A stretch of DNA of 59,494 bases from Octopus bimaculoides (Eukaryota): positions 32,362,621 to 32,422,114 of the forward strand of contig NC_068989.1 in NCBI RefSeq assembly GCF_001194135.2, given 5' to 3'. Of this stretch, positions 12,965 to 26,701 are shown piece by piece. Numbering within the stretch: the stretch's first letter is position 1; each line of letters opens with the position of its first letter. The translations under genes and the position numbers were made by a program. A model generated the notes under the pieces. The model saw only the letters and a program-made list of their open reading frames with translations. It had not been told where the DNA came from and did no database searches.

Positions 12965-13111
12965 CTTTATTAACAAGCTGCAAAGACCTTGCAAAAACTG
13001 TTACTCAAAGTTTCATGCTCCTGTTTGTCAGGCAGTTTTGGTTTAGACAAACAGGAACATGACACTCTGAGTAACAGTTTTTGTGATGTCTTTGCATCTT
13101 TATTAATAAAG
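12965..13111. repeat. ~147-bp imperfect hairpin with degenerate hammerhead-like cores
   Basis: Arms 12965-13030 and 13047-13111 are reverse complements. The minus strand of the left arm reads CTGACAAACAGGAGCATGAAAC. Confidence 0.75.
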
Positions 13112-13142
13112 TATACACACACACGTATATAGATAATATATA

Positions 13143-13330
13143 TGGACAAAGGCCCACAACTCTTCAATGCCCTGCCACAAAAATTTAAAAAACCAACACA
13201 ATGTGGACACAGACATCATCAAAAGGGAACTTGACAGTCTCCTCAGTACCAGACCAGATAGACACACGGCTTGATATGAGGTATAGATGAAGGCAGCAGT
13301 GTAACGCTCTCTCTGCAAGTAATGGGCCAA
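13143..13330 (+). mobile_element. CR1-like LINE 3' tip
   Basis: GGCCCACAACTCTTCAATGCCCTGCC matches the CR1 copy at ~8930-8960. Confidence 0.7.
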
Positions 13331-13632
13331 CAGGTGGAAGCACTAAGTAGTGTGTATAAATGCAATGTTATTACCAGTTCAAATATGTCTGAACTCAATT
13401 AGCAAATTATTCACTGTGCTTTGTCATAGAGAAAATTTCTCACTGCAGAAAAATGGTGTAAATACACCTAAATCATGTGCGATGAATGCATTCTGAGGTG
13501 GTTATCTGTTCTTCAGTCTCAGAGATTGGATGGGGGTGCTGCGAGCTGACAGAAGCGATTGTCTCTCTTATGCTATTCTAGTCATTGCATAATGACTTGT
13601 AGCACTAATCAGCAACTCACTATAAACAAATT

Positions 13633-14365
13633 ACATCCAGCCTGCAATACATAGAAATCTAAGAAACAATCAGTCACTGATTTTGCAACAAGCAAAGTAG
13701 CTAGTTTGAAAATCTCTATAAGAGATGAAAGTAGTAATTATACTGAGAAGTGCTGGTTATCATCACATCAATATGGCTGTTCAATGTTACTATTGTTTAA
13801 TCCTAGGCAGAGCCTCTGCCATCTGGTTATCAGTGCAATCTGCACTTGGTATATGTAGCAAGCAGGGGAGCAAACCCCAGCCATCTTCGAGTAGACAATG
13901 GAATCACCAAACCAAATGGTTTTGGGCTATATACTAGGTGCAGATTGCACAGATAACCAACTGGCAGAGACACTGCATGGGGTTAAATGGTAGTAATGTC
14001 AGTCATATTGCTGTGGTGATAAACAATACCCCTCAGTATAGTTACTACTTTCATCTCTTATAAAGACTTTCTAACTAGTTACTTTGTCTGTTGCAAAATC
14101 AGTGACTGAATGTTGCTTAGTTTTCTATATATTGTAAGCTGGAGTGCATTCCTGCTATCTCTAGTAATTGGGTGTTCACCACTGAAGATGGGCACAAATA
14201 GCCTGAAACCATTCAGTCTGGTGATCCCGTCATCTGCCAGATGGTAGGGATTCATTCCCCAGCTTGCATTATATACTGGGCGCAGAGTACACCAATAACC
14301 AGCTGACAGAGGTTCTGCCTGGGGTTAAATGGTAGTTATCCATATTGATGTGGTGATGAACATTA
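13633..14365. mobile_element. Penelope-like inverted plus partial-tandem terminal repeat with hammerhead-like core
   Basis: 13633-13860 is inverted relative to 13925-14147. 14270-14365 directly repeats 13927-14025. CTGAAGATGGGCACAAATAGCCTGAAAC lies at 14182-14209. Confidence 0.65.
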
Positions 14366-15129
14366 CTTTATATATATATAAAATGGTATTTTTATATTAG
14401 CTTAAAACTTATGGCGATCACTGTGCAAGGACTAAGGAAAATAGTCTAATAAAGGGGCAAAAAAACCAAAAAAGGCGGCTTTCCTCTCCACGTGTAAAGG
14501 TAACACACTTAGTCATGTTAACAAAGGGATGTGGGTTGTCTCTCACACTGATAGGAAAACCATTTTTATGCCCCTTTATTAGACTTTAAGCTTATGTAAA
14601 AATACCATTATTATTATTTACAGGATTGTAAACATGGCACTGTATTAAAAAAAACCATTCGCACTGAAAACATATATGCATACATATATATATATATATA
14701 CACACACACTTGCATTTGTCTTCAATACATTATATAAGCATCAATGTTATAAATTGATTTGATGCCATTTAACTGCCTGTTTATGCTTTTGTTCCATTGT
14801 ACCCATATCAACTCAGTTTCATTGCCTATAGCAATCTTCATTCAGGCATATCTTACATCCCTACACTTAATGTTTTAGACATTAATTCATCCTGAGCACT
14901 CATTCTGTATACCTGCCTATTATTTTATTATTCACAACATATACATGCATATATGCAAGTATATAACAGGAAACCAAGAATTTGGAATGTGAAAAGTTCA
15001 CAGTAGTTCAGATGTAGGTAGGTACACTCCAGGATAAGGTAGAAATGCAGCAACAAAATGTAATTCGGTCTTTAACAGACTGGGAGTGGCAAACGCAACT
15101 CAATTCCAAGCAAATGTGTGAAACTTTTC

Positions 15130-15625
15130 AGTTGCACTTCACTTAAGTGTTTGGGGTGGCTGATAGACTTTATCGGCTACCTCAACAGCCTGATAACAAT
15201 TGGCAAAATACAGGAAGCAATGGCACTGGAGTTGGTTGGTGTGCTCTATGAGCTTTATCTACAATAGACATGTTTAGGGGCCTCTTGACAGATATCTACA
15301 GTAACTGGCAGCAAAATGGAAGAATTCCCACTCCTGCAACAAGAGGTGTGGTGGTGCTTTTGAGAAAGTACCTAAACAAGGGGGATGATTTTCCTAACTT
15401 CAATCCTGTAACTTTGCTAAATGCAGAGTTGAAGATTTGGACAAAGGTATTATTTGAAAGGTTGACACTTGCTGTCAATACTCTGGTAGGGAAGGTACAA
15501 ACATGCACCATACCAAACAGATCTATTCATGACAACATACACCTCATGCAATGCAACATTGAGTGGGTAAAGGACTTGGCATTGGTAGGAGCCTTCATCA
15601 ATTTAGATCAGAAGAAAGCTTTGTA
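15130..15625 (+). mobile_element. L1/Tx1-clade RT fragment
   Basis: NFNPVTLLNAELKIWTKVL...QTCTIPNRSIHDNIHL...NLDQKKA, corresponding to RT domains 1-3. Confidence 0.8.
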
Positions 15626-15910
15626 TATCTGGCTCAACACATACACAAACTCTAAGATACTTTGGAACTTGGTAATAAGATATGGAGAGTGGATGAACCT
15701 AAGATTCTTCAATTACCTTTACGTGACCTATGTGCTTTTGTCAATAATAAAGATGGTATACAAAAAGCATGCAATTCACCTGATAACTCTGGATGGACTA
15801 TGAACACAAAGAAGATTAAGACTTTAAAGCAACTTGCTTCTTGAAAGGTTTATGTCAAACACAAAGGCAATAGCGAACTTGGTATTTTCTATGAGCGACA
15901 ACAATTGGAA

Positions 15911-16531
15911 ATATGCTGTGCGTGAGAAGACCCAGCAAGCCAAGTGAGACCTAAATCTAAGGCCTCAGCCAGTCCACTTATGCGTACCTTCCTTCATTGG
16001 ACACTAAACTCCACTTGCGAAGACCTGTTGAGGCAAGTGAAATCGAAATCGAGTTAAATTCAACGACTGGCACCCATGCCAACATCATCTCCTTCATTGG
16101 ACACAAAACTCAGCTTGCGAAGACTTATTGGGGCAAGCGAAAGCGAAATCGTGATGGCACCTGTGCCCAGCGTTGCCTTTCTGGCACTTGTGCCCGCGGC
16201 ATGTGTAAGGACTTTCNNNNNNNNNNNNNNNNNNNNNGAGCAAGATCGTTGCCAGTGCCTCTGGACTGGCTCTTGTGCGGGTGGCACATAAAATACACCA
16301 TTTTGAGCGTGGCCATTGCCAGTACTGCCTGACTGGCCTTCGTGCCGGTGGCACGTAAAAGCACCCACTACACTCTGAGTGGTTGGCGTTAGGAAGGGCA
16401 TCCAGCTGTAGAAACTCTGCCAAATCAGATTGGAGCCTGGTGTAGCCATCTGGTTTCACCAGTCCTCAGTCAAATCGTCCAACCCATGCTAGCATGGAAA
16501 GCGGACGTTAAACGACGATGATGATGATGAT
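15911..16531 (+). mobile_element. RTE LINE 3' end, long-UTR variant
   Basis: ORF end WKYAVREKTQQAK*, an internally duplicated UTR (CCTTCATTGGACAC...CTTGCGAAGAC twice) and a (GAT)n tail. Confidence 0.85.
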
Positions 16532-17855
16532 ATCATTGTTTCCATGGATAATCAAATGGAAGAGAAAACAGCAAAGTCAAATGTTACTTGAGCAACATGG
16601 AAATCATTTGGAATGCAATCTGAAACCAGTGTTTAAATCGGCTACCCACCAGCTGCATGCATAAAATTACACACAACAGGAGATAAACAAAAGTACCCAA
16701 CTTAATAGTAAAAACAAAAAAGGGGTTAGTGTCTACACTTTTCTAAGTGTACAGTTTATGCAGTGTTCAGAGCTAGTAAGAGAAACAGAAGAAAGGATGT
16801 AAGAACATCCTTGAAAACTGTGGAAAAAAAAACCCCTGCAATATATACACAAGCATGACAAATCTTTAGACTAAGACTGGTTTCCTTAGAAAAGGCAGAT
16901 AAAATGATATTTTTTCACTCAAATTGTGGTTAAAGCCTTTGTGCATTAAAGAGAGGATTAATCTTAAAGAATTTTTCTAGTAGCTATCACACTTTGCAAA
17001 GAACACCAGTAGTAACCCAATTTGGCACAAGTCCAAACAGCATCTCATCTGAGCACATTCTCTTTCTAATCAATTGCGCTAATACTTCTTTCTGATATTT
17101 TCATAACTTGGTCCATCAATATGTTGCTTCTTTCTAGAGCATTGCTTTTTAGCAGTTTCCATCTACCAAATACCTTATATAATGCATTGAGGCTGCAGTA
17201 GAAAATATTTGCCCAAGATTCTCTGCAGAGTGTAACTAAGGTAGTTTGCCTTTCATACATTTACTATTGTGGAATCATTACCATGCAATTCAATAGAGAT
17301 CAATATAATAAACATCATGGTTGAAATGAATGACTAAATAACTGAATATGGCACCTAGCATGACCAGAGTCTAATGACTGAGGCTAGTAAAATAATATTG
17401 AGTTTATGTTAGCAGATCATTCAAAGTAACCTTTAGCAAGTATGTTGGCTTCTTTTTTTTTTTTAGTAATAATCTAACCATGACATTCCATTCTAAATTG
17501 ACAACTAGCATGAGGAAACTTATTACAATGTTTGACATTCAAATTAAAACACTTAATTTTTGACTATCTATGATAATGATATTAAATTTATTGCTTTTAA
17601 TTAATAATATTTCCATCAATGTAAAATAAAGCAGTTTGAGTTTAAATAAACAATAGCAAGGCAAAAGTGTTTGTAAGATTTTTATATGCTGTACAGGACA
17701 AGGACAAAGCTGTACAAGGGAACTGTACAATAATTTAATTTGAGTTAGACATAGGTTATTGGTAAAGTTAATCAATCACTCAATAAACCAATCATCTAGC
17801 ACAGAGAAAAACATTGATAAACAGTTTCAACAATATTACATCTGATATATACCAA

Positions 17856-17865
17856 GTAGTTGTAA

Positions 17866-17896
<31 letters not shown>

Positions 17897-17990
17897 CATA
17901 GTGGTGGTAGTAGTCGTAGTGGTGGTAGTAGTAGTAGTAGTAGTAGGAGGAGGAGGAGGAGTGGTAGTAGTAGTTGCAGTAATAGTATTT
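17856..17990. repeat. Compound (GTA)n/(GTG)n/(GGA)n microsatellite
   Basis: Read directly from the sequence. Confidence 0.9.
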
Positions 17991-20300
17991 ATAGTAGAGT
18001 TTTATTCATGGTAAGAAGAAAAATTCCCAGCAGAATATGGATAACTACTAACAGTAATACTATTACAATCACTGCAGTTTTTTGAGGTTGAGTTACTTTT
18101 GCATCATCTCAATCCTATTTCTTCCTCTTTCTGAACAATTTCGATTTATTGATAAGGGTAAGAATTTCAATCTAAAACATAAATTGATAACTAAAGTCAA
18201 AGAAAAGAAAAAAAAAAATCAAATTTATTTGATATGTGTGCTGGGTGAAATTAATAATAGACAAAACAAATGCCTCATTGGTTTCTTTTAAATATTTCCC
18301 TTTATCAGCAACTTTTGAAGTTTGATAGAAAAATCTGTAAAGGATCAGAAAAACCCAATGAAAAAAAAAAACTAAAAAAGTAGTCAAACTAAAGTGATTC
18401 AACTTGCATTCATATATACAGAAGTTGATAATTAACATATTTAATGCATGAAGCATTAAAAAGCTAAATGGGAATCAAATATCAGGTTATCACAAATTTC
18501 TGAAAATTGGAAAAGCATACAGAAAAGAAATAACTAAATTTGTAAAAAATCTAAGTTTGAAACTTTTGTAGAATCTGATAAAGAATGAAACTGTTTTATC
18601 TAAGATTAAATTTGAACAGCTCAAAGCAGTCAAATAATTAATACTCTACAAATGAAACATGACTGCATTTTGCTTGAAAGTGTAAAAAATAAATAAAATT
18701 AAGGTAAATTTAAAAAAAAAAAAAAAAAAGCTCTTCAGTTTAATAATTGGATTTGTATGTTAAATTTTTTGACATAAAAATGACATTTCTGTTGAAGACA
18801 ATGAACAAAGAAGCATAACTTCAAATGGCTTGAAAATACGTACAAGATGAAAGAGGGTTAATTTGAGGTAAAAAAAAAAAGAGAAAAAAAAAGAAAAAAA
18901 AGAAGGAATCTTTATCAGCAAACAAAAATGGAATATAAGTTGGCAGAAATAAAATTCTCAGCAATGAAATAACTATTTCTTAAAATTTGCAATTGCATTC
19001 CAGTAGCATTTACCTGTATANNNNNNNNNNNNNNNNNNNNNNNNNNNNNNNNNNNNNNNNNNNNNNNNNNNNNNNNNNNNNNNNNCAATAAAATGAAATC
19101 ATATTTTAACCTAATTATTTTATTGTTTAAACAATAAATAATAATCCAAAGTTAATTTAAATTGTCTCAAAATCTGCAACAACTTGTGAAATTCTGTTCC
19201 CAGAGGAGGAGAATGGAAGGGAAAAGATTGAGAAAGTACTCAATACTTAACCATTTCCATTGATTGAGAATGTGTTTAAAAGGATTTTATCAGACAGAAA
19301 GAAAAATATATAAATTTTCACAACAGTACCATACTCTGCTGTTGGCATCACAGGATTAAAAATAAAAACATTGCATTTAAAAAAGTTCAAAAATTTCTTT
19401 TAACTATAACTTCATAGCCAAGCTTGGGGGGGGGGGAGGAAGAAAGAGAAGAGAGAGATAGAGAGAGAAATTACTAAATTTAACTCAGTTGTAATGATTA
19501 TAAAATCTAACTTTAAATAGTTATTTTGTAAATGTTCAAAGTTACAGTAGCTGTCATTAATTGATTGCAAGAGATGAAATATATTTTGAACATGATCGTT
19601 AAGTTAAAAAATTAGTTAGCCAAGATTGGTTAAAATTACTGAACAAAAATAAGAACAAGAGAATAATGCAAAAAATAACAAAAATGGCTATTCTAACCAC
19701 CCACAACCTGGTAATATCAATAAGTTTGCCAATAGAATCTCTGTAATAATACTCAAATCTATAAAAACACACACACAAGCACACACACATACATATACAC
19801 ACATATCCCACCACCAAAAGGAAGAAAAAAAAAAAAAACAACTTAATATTTATATTTTTTTCCTTTCATTCATTATATCACGACATTTTAAGATAGAAGA
19901 AATGTGGTCAGATTTAGTTCTGCCAAATTCTTCACTGTAAATGTTATATCACAAACATATTCTTTTCAAAATTTGTCTTTTTCATTTTATATTTAGAAAA
20001 AATTGCATGCTTTTCCATGTCAATATTAATATTTCTTAGCTTTGATAAATCTTTAAATTTCATACCGATGTTTCAGTATAGACATACAAATGTACATTAT
20101 CACCAGCAATATAGAAAAGAAATTCATTTATAATTCTGTAAGGATGCAGTTAGAGTGTAAATGATGCAACAGAAGTAAATATGGCATTCACAGGGTGAGG
20201 AACAAATTACAGAAAAATAAAAATATCCAACTGATTAGCTGTAGTCTATCTCAGAAAGTTTACAGAAGTAAAAAAGAATAGATTCTAATATTTTCATTAC

Positions 20301-20335
<35 letters not shown>

Positions 20336-22143
20336 GTTATAAGAAAGATTAATAAGAATAAATAATAAATTTATGCATCAGAATGTATGTGTGCACTTAA
20401 GTACACTCATATAAAACTACCATTTTGGAAAGATTTTACAAAGAATATTTTCATGATAATAATTCATTGAAAAAAATTGCAATAATCTACAGATTAAGTT
20501 CAAATTATAAAATTCCTAATTTTAATAGCTGAAAAGGAACAGCTCTGGTATAACATTTTACAAATAAAAACATTTGATTTATAATGTTTTAATGAGTAAA
20601 ATCCTTTTCACATTTCTTGAGCTAGCAATTAATTTAAAAACAATGCTAATATCACAATGGGGTGAATCAGTAAAGATGTATACACAGCATTACAGCCTGA
20701 CTATCAATCTGATCACTAAATGAACTAAAGAACTTCACACTTTTTCAAAATAGGGATCATCTAAAATAACTAGCCATGAGAAGATATAGAAATCATACAC
20801 AATGTTATCTGTTGAGTATCAGGAGTTTTTTTTCTTTTTAAAGTTAAATCAGCTTTGATCTAGCAGTTCAAAAACATATGACTGACACTACTATTTCTTG
20901 TATGCAGGCTGTTTTACCAGAAGTATTATTTACTGTGTTTTCAAGTTACAATTAAAGAGACCAACACTGGCAACATTAATGAAAAGCCCGATATAGAAAA
21001 AAAAATGACCATCCAAGTCATTTTAGAGATATGTAAATGTTATATTATCTTTCCATAGTAGGATGCAATTTGTCTGATATTTCTAACAAGTTGAGCAATC
21101 ACATGAAAGCTCCCTGTTGGCTGGGAAACAATCAGAATTTGAATGTATTAAGTGAAATTAAATTCCTAAGTATAATATTTGTACAGTTAACCCAGATTGT
21201 TCAGGGTTAGCAAAAAGGCAACTACTTACTTAAAAAACCCCATTAATAATGGAAGGAAAAGGAATAATTTAAATAAAGATTGTTTTCAAAGAAACAAAAT
21301 GCAAAGTATGTATGTAACATTTCTAAAACTGAAGAAATAAGACAGACTAACAGCTCATGAGTGTTTACATATTTTTCAACAACCATTTTGAGGGCGCTTA
21401 AAAATAACAGTAACAATGATAAAAGAGAGAAATATAAAGTAAGTTTTTTGACAAAGCTAATTAAATATAAGAGTGAAGAGGAGGGGTGTTATTAACAGCA
21501 AAATGGAAAACCATCCTTAACACTGTTATAATCATTTAAACACAAACTGCCTAATTGGGAGAGTGCTGCTGACACTGACATTCAATCAAATATACAACTA
21601 ATCAAATGCTGTTAGTATTCTGACAATCACTTAAACACCAATCAATTAGTTAGGAAATTCTTGTCAATACTGTTAACAACAATTTAATCATATTTATTGA
21701 TATTTAAACATCAACTATATATGCTGGATTGAAGTTTCTCAGAAATTAACCCAGTTAACTCCACAGAAATTTGGGGAGTGATAAGAAAAGTTATAATTTA
21801 CAAGTAAAATGTAAGTGGCAGCAGTTTTCTCCCTTCCCACAAAATCGCCAAATAAGTCACAGACAGACACAACCACACAGACAAGTAAGTCAGGATCAAT
21901 GCATACATATCAATAAACATATGTAGAACTATCAAGTAACATATGGAAATAGACATATTTAAATGCATTGACATCCAGTGATACACACACTAAAATTTGA
22001 ATACGTGTTTAGACAAAAACAGTTGATATATATTAATGTGTCTGTATATGTGTTATAAATACATGAAGATATGGAGGTGTGATATTTATTAAACATCACA
22101 CCAACATATATTTATGTTAATAAAGAAAAATTTTATAGAATTA

Positions 22144-25100
22144 CTAGTAGGTTATCATTAATGCTTCATCCATAAGATCATTATCAATAGGACTGGAGGA
22201 AACTGAAGTGGAGTTTGAATGTAAACTTATTTCACGCACACCTGAAGGTGAAAGAGGAAGGGGATTTTTCTGTCTTGGTGATGGTGTAGGAGACCTACTA
22301 GAAAATTTATGTTTACTATCGTGAGATTTGAAAATATCAACCTTTGATGATGACATCGCTGGTATTGTGGGGTGTTTTTGATGTTGAGCTACAGCCACTT
22401 GATGCTGCAGTTGGGAATTCTTAGGCGATGATGCATAGTCAATAATAAGTCCATTTTCAGGACTGCTGGCATCACTGCCAGGGCTAACTGGGTTTAGTGA
22501 AGAAAGGGTTTTTTTTTGCACTAATGTTTCATCTTGACTGCCTGTAAAATCCTTTTGTTTTTCAAAGTCTCCTGAGGAAATTTCCTCATCTTTTCGTAAT
22601 GCTGAATGGACGTGTGATTCGTATATTTTAGAAAATTCATTTTCACCATTAAACTTAGCATCTTGTAAATGTCCCTTAATTCTCCGGATGGAAGTATGGA
22701 CTTTGGTCCCTGAGTCAGTCCGTAAGGGAGCATTACTGCTGTCTAAATCTCGGCAGTTATTCAATACTCTGTCTAAAATGTCACGTTCTCCACTGCTATT
22801 GGAATTATCAAAACATGTTTTGTCAGAAGAAGACTGTTTTATATTTGCATTAGCAGTATTTAAATGTTTATTTGAACACCACCCTGGCTCTTCTACAACC
22901 GAATCTAACCTATTCCAAGGTTTTGAGCTGTTTTCTGAAATATACCTACCTTTGTTTTCAACTTCAAGATTCTCTGAAGATCTTGATGACTCTTGGGAGC
23001 AATCCCAGTCACTTGATAATTTAGAATGAACATTTGGGGTTTCTTTACTGTTCTCATTTGATTTTTGAGGTGATTCAAGGCATTGGTCTTCCACATCTTT
23101 CTTTTGAACAAGCTTCATTGTTTCATTCAAAAATGGAGATTGACTTTGGCTAGGACTAGATAACTCAAGTATGTCCTCAGAGTAACATCCATTTTCTCTT
23201 GAAAGTGTTTTAGATGTGGAAGACGTTGCTGACCGAGAATCTTTATGTGATTTGTTTGACAGCTGCTGCTTATTATTATTGTTGTTACTACTACTACTAC
23301 TACTATTACTACTACTACTACTGCTATTACTACAACTATTATTACTATTAATACTACTAGTTCTACTACTGCTGTTACTGTAACCACCACCAGAACTACT
23401 ACTGCTATTACAACTGCTGCCCGTGCTTTTGTTTGAATGATCACTTTTCACTGATAAATGGCAGTCTCGTTTTGAAGTGCAACGTAATTCTTTCTTTTCA
23501 ATTGATTCATGTCGGCTCCCTGTTAACACTGGAACTTCCTTGTTAATTATTTTACTATTGAGTGGTTCTTTTGATGATGTACTGACTAAAGTCATTGTAG
23601 TGATGGCCTTAGATGCAAATTTTTCAGAAAATGATTCATCATCATCATCATCATCATCATCGTCATCATCATCATCATCATCATCATCATCCCCATCTGT
23701 TGGCGTAACTTCTTTAGGGTTTGATCTGGCAGAAATATCTCCATCATTAGCACTACTAACATGAACATTAGTTGTGCTTGTCTTGGTGAGTTTATCAATC
23801 ACAGCTGATAATGAACCTTTACGAGACCTTATAGCAGCTTTAGTCTTGTTGAGGCAAGTACTTGTGTTCACATTATTAATGGTGGGGTTGCTGCAGCTGG
23901 TGCTGCTGCTGCTACAATTATTATCACTACTACTGGTGCTGGTACTGCCAGTACCAAGTGCAGCAGCATTTGTTGTAGTAATAGAAGTTGTAATCGTAGA
24001 AGTAGTGGTAGGAGAAGAAGTAGTAGTAGTAGTAATAGTAGTAGTAGTAGTAGTAGTACTAGTAATAATACTAGTAGTAGTCGTACTAGTAGTAGTAATA
24101 GAAATGTTTTTGGCATTGCTTATTTCTTTGGAAGTACTATTCCCACTATTATTGCTGCTTACACTACAGCAACTGGAGAGGTTAAGGTTATTATTACTAT
24201 TGTTTGTGAAATTACTACAACTGCTTGAAATACTTCCAATACTACTGGCTGTAGTTGCACATATAGACACATTACTGCTATTACTATTTTCTGTGTGTGG
24301 GCTGTTTGCCAAAGTATTATTTACAGTACTTTGGGTGACAATTGAAGAGGCCGTCATTTTTGATGTTAATGAACGGCTAATTGGAGATGTAGAAGAGAGT
24401 GAAGAAACAGCTGATGTTGATAATATTGTACTGGTAGCTACAGTGGTTGTAGTTGTTTTGTTACCTGAGGGAGTAGCATTAGAATACACTGAAGGTGTCC
24501 GAACTGAGCTCACATTTACAGATGAACCTGATGTAACTGGCATTACTAAAGGTTTTAATTTAACTGTAGGTGTTTTTGTCATAAGCTTAGAATCTGCTTT
24601 ATTGACAGTTATATTCTGTGAGCTGTGTGATGAAGAAGCTAAGGAGCGAGGGGCACGGTGAGGCTTGGGACACTTCTCCGACTCTTTGTTGTTGCTTGAA
24701 TTACTACAATGACTAGTAGAATATGAGCCAGTCAATTTATCCATTTGCTCATATCTTGAGCACTTTTCAGAAGTAGAAGAATCATACTTTGAAGAAACTT
24801 TTTCACTGATTGAAACTAATGAACGTTTTGAAGAATCAGTCAAATTTGATGCTTTTTTGTCAACAGATAATTTTAAGAAGCTTTTAGTGATTTTTAACTT
24901 CGGCATTGGCTTCGAGTCAGAAGACGATTCAACTTGTGTAGATCGATAGACAGCCCCCTGTACTATCTCCGAGTAATCGTCATTCTTTTCTTGTTTGCGC
25001 TTCTTCCTTTCCTTTTTACTCTCTTCTTTCCGCCTTTTTCCAGAAATATCATTATTTGCACTATTGTGCTTTGACTCTTTCTTTTTTGATTTATCACTTT

Positions 25101-26701
25101 TAGCATCACTATTGTGATATTCTTTGTTCCGCACATTAACACTATGTTTATGGAGAGGTGAGTTATTCTTAAGAGTTCGATTAAAACTATCATTTGGAAA
25201 ATCTTTGGATTCTACATTGCACCTAAGTTCAAAACTCTCTTTTCCTTTTGCTGAATTTGATACTTGAAGGTCTTGCACCAAATTCCAATTTTCTGATTTC
25301 TTCAGCTCATGAGTGCATAAGCGTATTTTCATTACATTGTTAGAACAATCTAATTTGCTTTCCTCTTTTAAAGTCAAAACTTTTGCTTCACTTTCTATGG
25401 AATTCTTGTGTTTTATAATGTCCCTTTCTCCTTTTACATCCTCACCAAGTTTCTCTAGAATAGGAATTGGCCGAGAATTTCCAGAACCACTTTTTTCTAG
25501 ATTACTGCTAGAAGAGTTACTCAATAAACTGGATTTTCCCAGAACAAAATTATTAATTTCAGTTCCAAAAGCTATTTTATCACATTTTTCAAGGCAAATG
25601 TCTTCATCATCATTAACAGGATATACACTAACAGGGTTTAAGAGATCATTCCCAAAATCCAATGTTTCTCCACTATATGTAGAGGTTTGCAATTCACAGT
25701 TAGTTCGTGACAGGGTGCCATTTTCTAAAAAATCATTTGAAGACATTTGTGCTTTATTAGTAAATTCATCAGGGTTGATTGGTTGGCCTGAATCACTAAA
25801 GAGATCTTCCAGAGAAGACACACCATTTTTTGTCATACTGTTCAGATTATGACAACAGTTACTTTTTTCTGATTCTTTCTTAATTATCACATCAGGTTTA
25901 ATATCTTCTAACATGATTGACACCATCTCTCCTTTCATATTTTGTGATTTTGTGTAACATTTATCTGAAAGGTTATTTAAGCAGCTACTTGAGTTGTTAT
26001 TGGAAAATCTTTTGGCTCCATTATCCCTGTTTAAGGATCCATTTTCAGTTAAGTCTATAGTAACCATAGAACCTGAAGTATGTTCAGGAGGACTACTGAT
26101 GTTACTTAGTGCACTGGACAAACTAGGGCTGCTTGAATCAATTTCGATCAGTGACCGATGATCATCTTCAACCATATCGTTATCTTCCATATGCTTTTGT
26201 TTAGGACTGCGTCCAATTATTTCTGATACAGCTCTCCGCTTTTTACCTTTTCGGACTTTCGTTGGATTTGTCATGCAAGCAGTGGCTGTTGTATGATCAT
26301 CAAGCAATTTTGACAACATTGGACTATTATGAACATCAGATGCAGCTGCTGTATCTTGATCAAGGAGAGTTGCTAGCAGGGGGTTCTGAGCCACTTTATC
26401 TGCCCGTATGTCATCCAGCAGCTCTTGCGGTGCCTTTGCAGGATCAAGGTATGGCAAGTTATTTTTGTATTTTTCTGCTACATAACGATGTGGATAGTTC
26501 AAATGATTTAGAGAAAATCGATAGTCATTTGAAATAGATTGAACTCGTGAATGATGTACTGACATAAAGCTACTCATGTGTTTGGAATAGAAGTTCATAT
26601 TATGTAACATATGTGAGCCATTCACCCCAGGAATTGTCTTTTTCAGCTGTCCTAGAACTTTGTTAAGAATTGCACGCAATGACACAGGGATAGACATGCA
26701 T
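22144..26701 (-). CDS. MED1: MED1 terminal coding exon (~1518 aa): LxxLL boxes and disordered tail
   Basis: Acceptor (T)nCAG|A TGC ATG gives CMSIPVSLRAI (cf. vertebrate RCMSIPVTMRAI). Also QNPLLATLL, SPMLSKLL, RKGSLSAVIDKL, and C-terminal PIDNDLMDEALM followed by TAG. Uninterrupted frame. Confidence 0.93.

Noticed and set aside
23477-24661. Plus-strand ORFs of 95 and 295 aa rich in Val/Leu/Ser
   Set aside because: Antisense shadows of the trinucleotide repeats in the MED1 terminal exon.
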